From contig JAKAJD010000002.1 of NCBI GenBank assembly GCA_021813945.1, positions 33,343 to 97,342 on the forward strand: a DNA stretch of 64,000 nucleotides, written 5' to 3'. The notes under the pieces are model-generated. The model did no database searches. It was given only the letters and a program-made list of their open reading frames with translations, and was not told where the DNA came from. This document shows, piece by piece, positions 1-9,804 of the stretch. Position numbers and translations under genes: made by a program. The stretch is from a bacterium. GTDB lineage: Bacteria > Patescibacteriota > Microgenomatia > Curtissbacterales > GWA2-41-24. Numbering within the stretch: the stretch's first letter is position 1; each line of letters begins with the position of its first letter.

Positions 1-50
1 CTGGCTGCGGCAAAAAAGCCACATGTTCAGTGACTTGAGCCGTCCATCGT

Positions 51-100
51 CAAGGCCTGGCCTTGGCCTAAGCCGTATCTTGGAAAAAGGCCTGATCTTT
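51..100. repeat. Two copies of a short palindromic AAGGYCWGRYCTT motif
   Basis: CAAGGCCTGGCCTTG at 51-65 and AAGGCCTGATCTTT at 87-100; related copies at 7998-8048. Confidence 0.55.
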
Positions 101-141
101 ATATCCAATTTATTTGACTTCACACTACGCTTCTGCCTAAT

Positions 142-2673
142 ATGGAATTAGAACTCGAGTTTCTAAAACGCCGAGCTTTCAAAGCGGAAGGACAGCCTGC
201 AATGAAGCCCAAATTTAATCTGCCGTGGTTTTCTAAATACTTATTCTCATTCTTTCTCGTCGCCTTCGTTTTTCTTCTTGCCGGATATATCACAAAACCA
301 GCCAATGCCGCATTTTTTAACATAGTTGATCCGCCAACCTGGTCAGGCGACAATGTGACCTTTAAATGGGACAATCCTGGAACCTCAGCTGCAGTTTTAA
401 TCATTGTTGACTGGGACGACCCAACACATCCATCGGTGTATGACAGTGCAGCCAAAGGTGTATCTCTTTTGGGTAAAACTCAACTAACCGTTTCTACGAC
501 AGATTGGAATATCGCAGTTCACCCACCTGATGGTAGGTTTAAAGTTTCAATTGTCGTCGGTTTGACACTGGTTTCAAACGAAGTAATTTTTACGGTTCCT
601 GTGGTTGGCGCACCCTTATGCGCCTTTACATTCACCCCTACCTCGGTAGCACCAAGTGGACAATTCTTCATACAAAATATAAATGGTGTTGCCGGAAATC
701 CGTTTACTGCCGGATTAAAGGACAGCTCCGGTAGTATTTTATCTAATCCTCCTACTCAAAGTGGCAATTTCCCAGCTTCAAGCTTAACATTCACTGCCCC
801 CTCAAGTGCGGGAAATTATACAGTCTTCGTCCAAGATAATTCCACTAGCCCAGCTACTCAATGTGTAATCCCAGGCCTTTCAAGCAATATCTTAACCGTC
901 GGCTCTGCTTCTCCCCCACCCGGCACTGGCTGCAACATAGTGCCTGCCAATACCAGCTGGGACCCCTTAAAAGCCAGCGTTAACGGCTATGCAGTCACCT
1001 TCACCCTTCCAAAACCTTCAGATGGGATTGCCGGCATAGTCATCGAAAAAGACACAGACGGCACCGTCGCCCAGGATAGCGGCCCTTTGGCGTCTGGCAC
1101 TAACCAATGGATTTGGAACGCTCCAACCGGCTCAGACGGCTCGTATTGTGCCGCAATTTTTTGGACCACGTCTGCAGTTTCCACAGTCATACATTTTACC
1201 GTCCCAAGTGCTGGTAACGACACCTGTACCAGTAACGCTCTAAATTGGGTCAACGACGTCCGCTGCAAAGCTATAGGCGGCGGCTGGTTCGACAGTGATA
1301 TTTTTACCCTAGGCCAAGTTGGAGCCACATTTGACACTGGCAACGTCTTAGTCTGGGGTAAATCTCAACTTAATAGAAACATCAGTGATGCCACCCAAGG
1401 AAGAGGAGCACTTGCCTTAACCAGTAATTTGATTGCATCGCTGTATGCAGCTCCCCCGGCTTCCGGCGTCACTTATTTTGCCCAAAAAATCCAGGACTTA
1501 AACCCTGTCAGATCCGCTTATGCGGGTGCCGGCGGGCAATTCCCCGGTGGCATCGGCTATCAGGCCCTAGGACCGGTTCAAAAAATTTGGGTTGCATTTC
1601 GCAATATTTCCTATATCGGGTTCATAATAGTTTTTGTTGTCATGGGCTTTATGATCATGTTTCGGGCCCACATCTCCCCCCAAGCTGTTGCAACTGTCCA
1701 GGATTCTATCCCCAGAATCGTAATCGCGCTAATTTTGGTCACATTCAGTTACGCCATCGCCGGCTTTATGATCGATTTGATGTTTCTCTTTTTAAACATT
1801 GCAGTACAAGCTCTGGTTAGCACTCATTTGATTTCCAATGCTGACTTCGTTTTCAAAGATAACGTCTTCACGGTAATCTTTAGCAACTGGAAAGACGCGT
1901 TTGGAACCGTCTCTGATGCAATATCAAAAATAATCACTCAAACAATCGATCTTGGGATGTTCAATTTTGTATCTAAGGTGCTGGGATGGGCCGGTGGCAC
2001 ATTAGCAGGCTTGGTAGTTGGCATAGCCCTGCTCTTTATTATGTTCAGGGTATTTTTAATGCTTCTTATGGCCTACGTCATGATTATTCTTTTAACAATG
2101 TTCGCACCTTTCTTTTTCTTAATCCAGGCTCTTCCTGGCAATAACGGCGCCAAGGAGTGGTTTAAGCAAATGGCTTCCAATGTTGCCGTTTTCCCAGTTA
2201 CAGCTATGATGTTTATTTTTGCAGGCATCTTAAGTGGTATGACTGGTCTTGGCGGAACAGGATCCGGGGCAATTCAGCCAGCCCAAGTCGGCCAATTCCC
2301 GCTTTTGATTGGAGGATTGGATGCTGGCGCAATCGGAAATCTAATAGGTATTGGGTTTTTACTTATCACCCCCACTGCAGCCGACATGGTCAAAAACATG
2401 GTTGGCGGCGGCAGAGGCGGAGGCGGCGGTATGGGCAACATCGGCGCAGCGGCCCTTGGCGGGCTTGCTGGCGGCGCTGCAGTTGTAGGCGCAGCAGGCA
2501 GAGGAGCCGGCGGCGCACTAATCTCACGGGGCCCAATCGGCGGCTGGAGAAGAGCCCAAGAGGCAAGGCGTGGTGAAGAAGCGCAACGTACAGCTCACGC
2601 AGGCATTTACAGCAAAGAGTACCGTGAATGGCAAGAACAACTTGCCAAGACTAGAGCCAAAAAAGATGAGTAG
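142..2673 (+). CDS. VirB6/TrbL-like polytopic membrane protein with a long extracellular beta-rich N-terminal region (start may be ATG 202)
   Basis: Signal-like N-terminus, then Ser/Thr/Cys-rich beta repeats. C-terminal half has many TM helices (IWVAFRNISY..IPRIVIALILVTFSYAIAGFMIDL; LLTMFAPFFF..LPG..W) and a Gly-rich tail. Lies upstream of PrgI/VirB4. Confidence 0.65.
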   Translation: MELELEFLKRRAFKAEGQPAMKPKFNLPWFSKYLFSFFLVAFVFLLAGYITKPANAAFFNIVDPPTWSGDNVTFKWDNPGTSAAVLIIVDWDDPTHPSVYDSAAKGVSLLGKTQLTVSTTDWNIAVHPPDGRFKVSIVVGLTLVSNEVIFTVPVVGAPLCAFTFTPTSVAPSGQFFIQNINGVAGNPFTAGLKDSSGSILSNPPTQSGNFPASSLTFTAPSSAGNYTVFVQDNSTSPATQCVIPGLSSNILTVGSASPPPGTGCNIVPANTSWDPLKASVNGYAVTFTLPKPSDGIAGIVIEKDTDGTVAQDSGPLASGTNQWIWNAPTGSDGSYCAAIFWTTSAVSTVIHFTVPSAGNDTCTSNALNWVNDVRCKAIGGGWFDSDIFTLGQVGATFDTGNVLVWGKSQLNRNISDATQGRGALALTSNLIASLYAAPPASGVTYFAQKIQDLNPVRSAYAGAGGQFPGGIGYQALGPVQKIWVAFRNISYIGFIIVFVVMGFMIMFRAHISPQAVATVQDSIPRIVIALILVTFSYAIAGFMIDLMFLFLNIAVQALVSTHLISNADFVFKDNVFTVIFSNWKDAFGTVSDAISKIITQTIDLGMFNFVSKVLGWAGGTLAGLVVGIALLFIMFRVFLMLLMAYVMIILLTMFAPFFFLIQALPGNNGAKEWFKQMASNVAVFPVTAMMFIFAGILSGMTGLGGTGSGAIQPAQVGQFPLLIGGLDAGAIGNLIGIGFLLITPTAADMVKNMVGGGRGGGGGMGNIGAAALGGLAGGAAVVGAAGRGAGGALISRGPIGGWRRAQEARRGEEAQRTAHAGIYSKEYREWQEQLAKTRAKKDE

Positions 2674-2675
2674 TT

Positions 2676-5600
2676 TCAGCGTGTTCCAGGTAAAGATTGT
2701 CTTGGCAACTGCTTAAAAAATTCCTTGACAGCTTCCCAAAAAGCCGAAAGCGGCGCATCAGCAACTAGGGTACCTTTAATGTCCCAAGCAATCCTGCGCC
2801 ACTTCTCTCCAAACCGTCTGATATACCTAAATGGCACTGTCCCGAAGAATTCTCCTAATGTTAGGCTTAATTCTTTATCCGTAAAAGGAACCTTCCCTCC
2901 AATTTTGGCAAAACCGAAAAACTTCGTCTTTTCCTTCTCTCCTTGTTTTCTTTCCATATCACCCTGTTGAATCATATCCTGTATGACTTGTTCACCACCG
3001 GCTGCGGTTAGATTAGGTCTGTCAAACAGATCACGCCGATACTTGCTCGCAAATCCCCAATGACCTCTGAATGCTAAAACTGCAAGTATGTGGTCTCTTG
3101 CAAACCTTGTTGAATATGCAAATCCTTTTACACGACTTATCATCGAAACCAGTTTGCTTTCAGTAGGATTACTCAGGTAGTCCTGAATCGTTTCCGGGCC
3201 TTCGGCTTCTAACCCTTTCTTAGCATCTGAAAAATAATCTATAAAACCGAACTTAGTCATCTCCTTATCCTTCGCCACCTGGCTAAACTTTGCCCCCTTA
3301 CTCGAAAAATACAGTGCCCCGTTCTTTATCATATCCATAATAACGACTGACTTCACCCAAGACACTGCTTCCTCATGATATGCCTTAGTGTCAATATCGT
3401 AATCCTTCATCATCTGCCTAATTCGCTGCTCAAAAACTCTTTTTTGATCAGGTGTCATAAACCTATCAGCCCATCGCACCATAAATGAAATCTGGGGCGT
3501 ATAGTAATGATGCTTGCCTGGAAACGCTTGTTTAAAAATCGTGTTCACTTCGTCCTGTTTAGCCCTTCCTCTATTTTCTACATCTTGGTTGAAGTGTGCC
3601 CAAAGGTCATCTCTCGCCCTTCCATGAAAAAGGTTTGTGCTGTGGTGAAATACTACACCGTCAAAATCATCATCAAACTTGCTTTTAGTGTCTTTCGAAT
3701 AAATCCTAATGTACTCCTGTGCACTCCACTGCATCATCCAAGTCCAATTAAATGCGTTATAATCAACAGAACCGAAAAAACCAACCTCCTCAAGCTCGTC
3801 AAAATCCGCATCCTTCAAATGCTCGAAAAATTTACGATACTCATCGCTATCTTCTTCGACAACGTCCTCCATGCTTGGATGGTACGTTCCCCTATAAACC
3901 TTAAGATCCATAGCTTTAAGCTTCTGAATAAGCCTTAACTGTTCTACTTCCCTCCAAACATCCAGATAAGATTTACCAACTCTAGTTTCCAAAAATTTAC
4001 GAATTTCACCCTCATCTTTCCCTAGTCTTCCCAAGAAATCGGCCAAGTCGCCCTTTAACCTCAATGCATGATCATTGCTAATCATCGCGTCGATATCATC
4101 TTGTTTCAAAGTTCCAAAAGCTCCATGGATTGTCCTCTTTTTGTGCCACTCATCAATCAATTCTCTTGTTTCTAAAATAAACTCCCGTCTTTCATCTACT
4201 AAACCTCTTTTTACCCCGCCTAACCTTGCCCAAACATCATCTACCCCGAGTGATTTCCCAGCCCACTTTCCACCAGGTTTTGTGTTGTCTGCAATCAACA
4301 TTGCGGTTCGTTTTCTGAAATAGTCCCTTAATTTATAGAACTCATATTCCCATTTGTCCCTATACGTTCTGCCATCAACCGTCACCGACTGCCTCCATTC
4401 ATCTTCAAGATCTCCAAAACCCTCTCTTGCCTTTATTCGCGACATTAAACTCGCGGAATAATTTCCATCCGTATCTATCGAGAGCCTCGTTAGCTCCTCA
4501 ATCATGTTCATCCTTATCCTGTCGTCATTTACATCCTTACTATAAATATCCTGCAAAGAGACATCATACGTATTTAGCCTTACGTATCTGGTTTTGCCAT
4601 CTTTACCCACCTCTTTAACATAAAACGGCCTCCCCCTTGTATCCTCACCAAATCTTTCAACATAATATTCAACGGTCGTTTCTTTCCTACCTTCAAAACC
4701 GTTGAGTACACCATCAACAGCCGCAGGATGCATATCTTTCTCCTCAAGCGTCATATAAACAGAAAGCATCAGCGCAGAAGCATCGATTCTATCAGCAAGC
4801 GCAGACCTTCTCTCTCTATCTTCTTTCGTCTCAGTTGGTAATACTTGAAGCATTGATTTGGCACTCTGAATCATAGGCCTTAACTCCTCTGGGCCCAGAT
4901 CAAGATCCTCCATAAAACTAAAGATACGTGCAATATTTTTAGGAACATCATCAGGATCGCCTGGAGATCTGAATATCTGGTGCTCTTCCAAAGCTCGCTC
5001 AAGTGTGTAATAGTACCGGCTGGCTTTCCACTGGCGAAGACCTATTGGGTCATCTTTATCTTTAACAGACCCTAAAATATCGGTAGAAGCCTCGTTCAAA
5101 TCACGCCAATCACTCAGCATCGCGCTTAAGTAATGGTTACCTTTTATGACCAAATCGCCAACCTTAGCCTTTTGGTTTTCTGTTGAGTCGTTTTCGTAAA
5201 TTTGTGTGTACCTGTTGTGAATTCTCCGATATAAGTGTGTATGTTCATCGTTCCAACTGATAAACTTGTTCGCGAAGTCAACTCCCCCAAGAGCTTCCAC
5301 AATTTTCTGCCTCCCACCAGCATCCTGAAGCCTATAGACATCGTTAATTGCCTTTGCCACTTCAAAAACATACCTTGCCGAAGCCATTTTTTGAGTTTCA
5401 GTACTGCCATCAGCATTTCTAAAAGGCACATCCACGAACATATCATCGGGGTTTACATGATCTATTTTTACAGCTTCTACGCGCTTAGTGGCCTCCTCAG
5501 CCATATCGGCAAACCTTTTCAATTCGCTGGCGCGATCAGCCCATTCGCCTGATGCCCTATCTTGCTTTAGCATATCTTTAATAAGAGCCTTTAAACCTGT

Positions 5601-6602
5601 GGTCACGGTAAGCAAATGCTCGGCCATTGGAGTTTCCCGATTACTCCTAGTCTCTAATTTCAAAAGTGAATCTACTTTTCTGGAAAGAATATCTCGCACT
5701 TCTGATACTTTAGGATCACTAGCCTCTAATGTTCCATCTAAAACTGCGTTATCGATTGCACTTTCTATATCCGGAAACTTTATTCTCTGAACTTCAAATG
5801 GCCTTAGTTTAGCGAGCTTAATCTCCCGTACGAACCTTTTGAATTTATCATCGATTGTGCTTAAATCTACTTCATCGATCTCCTCGTCAACAGTTTTGGT
5901 TCCACTAGCCCCTGGGCCACCAGTTTTTGGCTCCCAGTCACCTTTTCCTTTATAAGCAGACGAATATTTCTCAATCTTTTCCAGAGTTAAAAACTCACCA
6001 TCATCCAAATCTTTTGCACGCATGACTTCCTCACGTTTCAGTGCTTCTTCAACTCTCCGTTGGTCGCTTCCGGCAGCATATTTGAAATCATCATCAGCCG
6101 GGTCATCCACAACACTGTAATGGAAAATTATCTGCCCAATTGCCATAGCTTCTGTATCACTAATCTTGCCAATCTTCTCATCATCAAAAACTCCGCTTCG
6201 TTTAAGAAGTCGCCTGAAAAGATCCCTGTCTGTATCTGACTCCACGACTTCTTGCCCGTCTCGAATCCTGTTATAAGTAGTCGAGAGTGCTTGCGCCTCC
6301 GCAAATGAAACATGGGGATTCTGCGCAGAACCGGCTTCATTCATGCGCTTTAATACCTCTCGCAATCTTACAGGGTCGAGTGTCAGGCAGAAACTCTCCA
6401 CATCCATTCGCATATCTCCGGATGGCTTAAACCGGGTTTCCCTGGGCTTAGTCGCACTATTTTCTGGAGTAGGCCTTTCTAGTACCGCAACACCAGCCCC
6501 AACAGGCTGCTTTTCCACCACACCAGCATCAGGCATAACAAATATCCCTCCACCTTGAGCGTAGCTGGTTTGGGCAGCGTATGCAACATTTCTCTCGTTC
6601 AT
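2676..6602 (-). CDS. Large hypothetical charged, soluble protein (1308 aa)
   Basis: Long uninterrupted ORF; no recognisable motif; no TM segment. Confidence 0.85.
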   Translation of the reverse strand: MNERNVAYAAQTSYAQGGGIFVMPDAGVVEKQPVGAGVAVLERPTPENSATKPRETRFKPSGDMRMDVESFCLTLDPVRLREVLKRMNEAGSAQNPHVSFAEAQALSTTYNRIRDGQEVVESDTDRDLFRRLLKRSGVFDDEKIGKISDTEAMAIGQIIFHYSVVDDPADDDFKYAAGSDQRRVEEALKREEVMRAKDLDDGEFLTLEKIEKYSSAYKGKGDWEPKTGGPGASGTKTVDEEIDEVDLSTIDDKFKRFVREIKLAKLRPFEVQRIKFPDIESAIDNAVLDGTLEASDPKVSEVRDILSRKVDSLLKLETRSNRETPMAEHLLTVTTGLKALIKDMLKQDRASGEWADRASELKRFADMAEEATKRVEAVKIDHVNPDDMFVDVPFRNADGSTETQKMASARYVFEVAKAINDVYRLQDAGGRQKIVEALGGVDFANKFISWNDEHTHLYRRIHNRYTQIYENDSTENQKAKVGDLVIKGNHYLSAMLSDWRDLNEASTDILGSVKDKDDPIGLRQWKASRYYYTLERALEEHQIFRSPGDPDDVPKNIARIFSFMEDLDLGPEELRPMIQSAKSMLQVLPTETKEDRERRSALADRIDASALMLSVYMTLEEKDMHPAAVDGVLNGFEGRKETTVEYYVERFGEDTRGRPFYVKEVGKDGKTRYVRLNTYDVSLQDIYSKDVNDDRIRMNMIEELTRLSIDTDGNYSASLMSRIKAREGFGDLEDEWRQSVTVDGRTYRDKWEYEFYKLRDYFRKRTAMLIADNTKPGGKWAGKSLGVDDVWARLGGVKRGLVDERREFILETRELIDEWHKKRTIHGAFGTLKQDDIDAMISNDHALRLKGDLADFLGRLGKDEGEIRKFLETRVGKSYLDVWREVEQLRLIQKLKAMDLKVYRGTYHPSMEDVVEEDSDEYRKFFEHLKDADFDELEEVGFFGSVDYNAFNWTWMMQWSAQEYIRIYSKDTKSKFDDDFDGVVFHHSTNLFHGRARDDLWAHFNQDVENRGRAKQDEVNTIFKQAFPGKHHYYTPQISFMVRWADRFMTPDQKRVFEQRIRQMMKDYDIDTKAYHEEAVSWVKSVVIMDMIKNGALYFSSKGAKFSQVAKDKEMTKFGFIDYFSDAKKGLEAEGPETIQDYLSNPTESKLVSMISRVKGFAYSTRFARDHILAVLAFRGHWGFASKYRRDLFDRPNLTAAGGEQVIQDMIQQGDMERKQGEKEKTKFFGFAKIGGKVPFTDKELSLTLGEFFGTVPFRYIRRFGEKWRRIAWDIKGTLVADAPLSAFWEAVKEFFKQLPRQSLPGTR

Positions 6603-6717
6603 GTTGCACGTAGATTAACCTAGGCATAAAATGTGTGCTTGATATTTAGCTAACAGGAAGCTAACAGTTCACCCAGTTAGATATAATAGGGATATGTATT
6701 TTGCAACAACGGGGTAA

Positions 6718-7974
6718 ATGAAAATATTTGAATCAGATTTTCCTCCTGATTACCGGTCGGCCGAAATAAAAGCAATTTTGGCCTATATAACAACAGGCAA
6801 ATTCTGCCAGCTTATTTGCATACCAGGGGCCGGCAAGGCAACTATCCTTCGGCTTCTTGCCCATAACCGCAAGCTTTTAAAATCTCACCTCGGCGAAAAA
6901 GAAAAGGGCCTTCGTTTTGTCTATATCAACTTTTTCGAACTCACAAATTTTACAGAAGCCGAAATCATAAAGTTGCTGCTAATCGGTTTGGATGAAAAGT
7001 TCCAAAACTCAGACGACCCACTTCTTCTTGGTAGAGATCTTCATGAGGCAGTAAACCGTCTTTCCCAAAATGGCCAAACCATTATTTTTCTTTTTGACCA
7101 TTTCGACGAACACCAAAACCGGCTACCGCATACTTTTTTCCAAATGCTAAAAAGCCTGAGAAACTTGGCAAAATTCAAGTTTTCCGTTGTTTTCGCAACA
7201 AGAAGAGATCTTGCCGGTCTTGTCGATGAAGACATTCTCAAAGATTATTGGGATTTTTTTGTTGGCAATACTGTTTACTTAAAAGTCTACGACAAGGTTG
7301 CCGTAGAGTATTTATTCACACAAATTGAAAACGTTTTCGGCCAAAAAATTAAAGCCGAACAAAAAACGCAGATCACAAAATTAACAGGCGGCCATGCAAA
7401 GCTGACAAAAATAATCTCCGAGCTCGTTCTTGGTAAGGCTGTCAAACCCCAAACAGAAAATCTCCTAAAAGAGACCCCGGTCATGGCTGCTCTTTATGAA
7501 ATCTGGCTGTTTTTAACAAGTTCGGAACAACAGCTACTATCAAAAATCTCAGAAGGTAAAACTTCAGATCAAATAGATGAAAACCTTATCAAGTTAGACC
7601 TGGTTTCTTATCAAAACAAATTCACCATTCCATTACTGGAAGATTTTGTAAAAAGTGCCAAATTAAATGTCCAAACGAAAATTATCTTTGACCCCCAAAC
7701 CAATGAAATTAAAAGGGGTGAAAGTATCATCTCCGAAATTCTCTCCGCCCAAGAATATCGCTTGCTTAAATTTCTAATCGAAAATCCTAATAAAGTAATA
7801 GGTCGAGACGAAATAATTAAAGCGGTTTGGCCGCAAACCGAAGTTACAGAAGCGATAAGCGACGAGGCCATAGATCAAATGGTTTTTCGACTTAGAAAGA
7901 AGATAGAGGACGAGCCACAAAAACCCATCCACATTCAAACCGTAAAGGGCATAGGTCTCAAATTCGAACCCTAG
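6718..7974 (+). CDS. AAA+/STAND-like P-loop protein with C-terminal OmpR/PhoB-type winged-helix DNA-binding domain
   Basis: Degenerate Walker A CIPGAGKAT and Walker B IIFLFDHFD. C-terminus LSAQEYRLLKFL..VIGRDEIIKAVW..IDQMVFRLRKKIE..IQTVKGIG. Confidence 0.8.
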   Translation: MKIFESDFPPDYRSAEIKAILAYITTGKFCQLICIPGAGKATILRLLAHNRKLLKSHLGEKEKGLRFVYINFFELTNFTEAEIIKLLLIGLDEKFQNSDDPLLLGRDLHEAVNRLSQNGQTIIFLFDHFDEHQNRLPHTFFQMLKSLRNLAKFKFSVVFATRRDLAGLVDEDILKDYWDFFVGNTVYLKVYDKVAVEYLFTQIENVFGQKIKAEQKTQITKLTGGHAKLTKIISELVLGKAVKPQTENLLKETPVMAALYEIWLFLTSSEQQLLSKISEGKTSDQIDENLIKLDLVSYQNKFTIPLLEDFVKSAKLNVQTKIIFDPQTNEIKRGESIISEILSAQEYRLLKFLIENPNKVIGRDEIIKAVWPQTEVTEAISDEAIDQMVFRLRKKIEDEPQKPIHIQTVKGIGLKFEP

Positions 7975-7997
7975 CAAAATTTGTCGTCAGAATCATT

Positions 7998-8048
7998 AAC
8001 AAAGGTCAGGCCTTTGTTGGGATATTCATAGCCTAAGACCTGACCTTG
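7998..8048. repeat. Palindromic motif pair (same family as 51-100); may also act as a terminator
   Basis: AACAAAGGTCAGGCCTTTGTT at 7998-8018 and AAGACCTGACCTTG at 8035-8048, in inverted orientation. Confidence 0.55.
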
Positions 8049-8252
8049 AGATAAAGACTGGTCGGTCTCCATCAGCGATAGTTACCAAAACATATCCCAC
8101 CATATCATCAAATTTCTGTGAAAATCGCAAACTTTTGAAGCTAATGAGGCCACTTCTCGCACTTGATTTCATATGTTATGGTGGCATAGAAGCTAACCTA
8201 ACGCAAAAATTGCACCGCATTAATCTTTTGTCGTTAGTCGTTAGACCTAAAA

Positions 8253-9803
8253 ATGGAGCAGCATCCTGTCCCGCAGCATATAGCGGCTTTTGAATTTAAA
8301 CTATTTGGCAACCTTACTGCAAGACAGTTTATAACTCTCATCTTTCCCCTTTCAATAGCAGCTATAACCTATTTCTCTTCACTTCCTATATTGGTGCGTA
8401 TACCCTTAGCTTTGACAATAGGCATCGTTGGCGCTTTTATTGCCCTTGTTCCTGTCGGCGGTAGACCTTTTGACAAATGGATTTTCGCCTTCATAAAAGC
8501 TGTGTCAGCCCCGACACAAAGAGTCTGGATAAAAGAAAAGCGGATCCCTGGATTTTTAAGTATTGTCACCAAACCTCCCCAAAAAGAGGTCAAAATTCCC
8601 CAGGAAATCACCGAAAAAGGTAGAGAAAGAATGATTGCTTATTTACGTTCTCTTCCAAAAGAAAATGTCACTTCTTTAGACATCAAGGAACAACTGGCCC
8701 TAGATAGGCTTGGCTTTCCGGCAAGCCAGTATGAAGGCAACTTGCCGCCCGCAATTCTTTGGCCCGTTAGCCCTTGGGAAGATAAATACGTAGCAATAGG
8801 GCAAGGCGAATCAGGTTATCTTTTGGGTTCTTTGCCACAAGTTGCTGGTCCGCTTGAGGAAATTCCCCAAAGCCAGACAGCTCCGGTTTTAGAACCCGAA
8901 CCAAGACCCCAAATAACATCCCAACAGGCTGCCCCATCAGCTGTTACGCGTGCAAAAATCCAGCCGCAAGCAAAACAGTTTACTCTTTCTGGCCTCGAAA
9001 AGCGCCTGGATCATAAACCACAGGAAATAATTGATCTTGCCAGACCCAGCGCCCATCTTGCCTCGGAAACAAACTATTCGCTCGACAACGTAATTCCCAT
9101 CAAAATCTCCGAGGGCCAATTTCGCCTTGTGCACGGAGTCGGCAACACCAGGGTCAGAAAGCTTCACTTTGCACCTCCAGCAAATTTTGATCTTTCTAAA
9201 CTACCAATTCGCGGAGAGCGCAAATTCGACATTTCAGACGAACTTAAAAAAAGATATCATTTCGAAGACGATTCTCCAGCAGTAGTTTTACCTATTCAAC
9301 AAGAAAAGATTCAAGCTGCACCGCAAGCAGTTGATGTTCCCGAGGCAAACCCAATACCCTTACCCAAACCAGAAGCCGTCCACTTACCCGACGAGCATCA
9401 TGCCAAACTAGCACCCAAACAGGAGGAAAAACCCAAAGTGGAAAAAAGTGAATTTTCTCAATTTTCTATATCGGATAAAGATCAAAACCAGCAAACTGGA
9501 AACGTCCAGCAAGCTCAAATCATTCCCCTAACTGACAAGCCAAACATCCTTTCGGGACTCGTAACAGACGAAAAAGGAAGCCCCATCGAAAGTGCCGTTC
9601 TGGTTGTCCGCGACGAAAGCGGAATACCGGTCAGAGCCTTAAAAACCAACAAGCTTGGCCAATTTCTTTCCGCCACCCCGCTTTCCAGCGGTAGCTACAC
9701 AATTGAGGCAGAAAGTGATCTTGCCTCCTTTAAACCAGTCTCAATACATTTAACCGGCCAAATTCTCGCTCCGATTGGAGTCAAAGGAGAAAGGATAAAC
9801 TAA
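8253..9803 (+). CDS. PrgI family (VirB3-like) membrane protein with C-terminal carboxypeptidase-regulatory-like beta domain
   Basis: MEQHPVPQHIAAFEFKLFGNLTARQF, two TMs, GRPFDKW; C-terminal LSGLVTDEKGSPIESAV..TNKLGQF..GSYTIEAE. Confidence 0.75.
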   Translation: MEQHPVPQHIAAFEFKLFGNLTARQFITLIFPLSIAAITYFSSLPILVRIPLALTIGIVGAFIALVPVGGRPFDKWIFAFIKAVSAPTQRVWIKEKRIPGFLSIVTKPPQKEVKIPQEITEKGRERMIAYLRSLPKENVTSLDIKEQLALDRLGFPASQYEGNLPPAILWPVSPWEDKYVAIGQGESGYLLGSLPQVAGPLEEIPQSQTAPVLEPEPRPQITSQQAAPSAVTRAKIQPQAKQFTLSGLEKRLDHKPQEIIDLARPSAHLASETNYSLDNVIPIKISEGQFRLVHGVGNTRVRKLHFAPPANFDLSKLPIRGERKFDISDELKKRYHFEDDSPAVVLPIQQEKIQAAPQAVDVPEANPIPLPKPEAVHLPDEHHAKLAPKQEEKPKVEKSEFSQFSISDKDQNQQTGNVQQAQIIPLTDKPNILSGLVTDEKGSPIESAVLVVRDESGIPVRALKTNKLGQFLSATPLSSGSYTIEAESDLASFKPVSIHLTGQILAPIGVKGERIN

Positions 9804-9804
9804 A

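Noticed and set aside
1-38. Possible 3' end of an upstream gene (GCGKKATCSVT*)
   Set aside because: Too short to support at the window edge.
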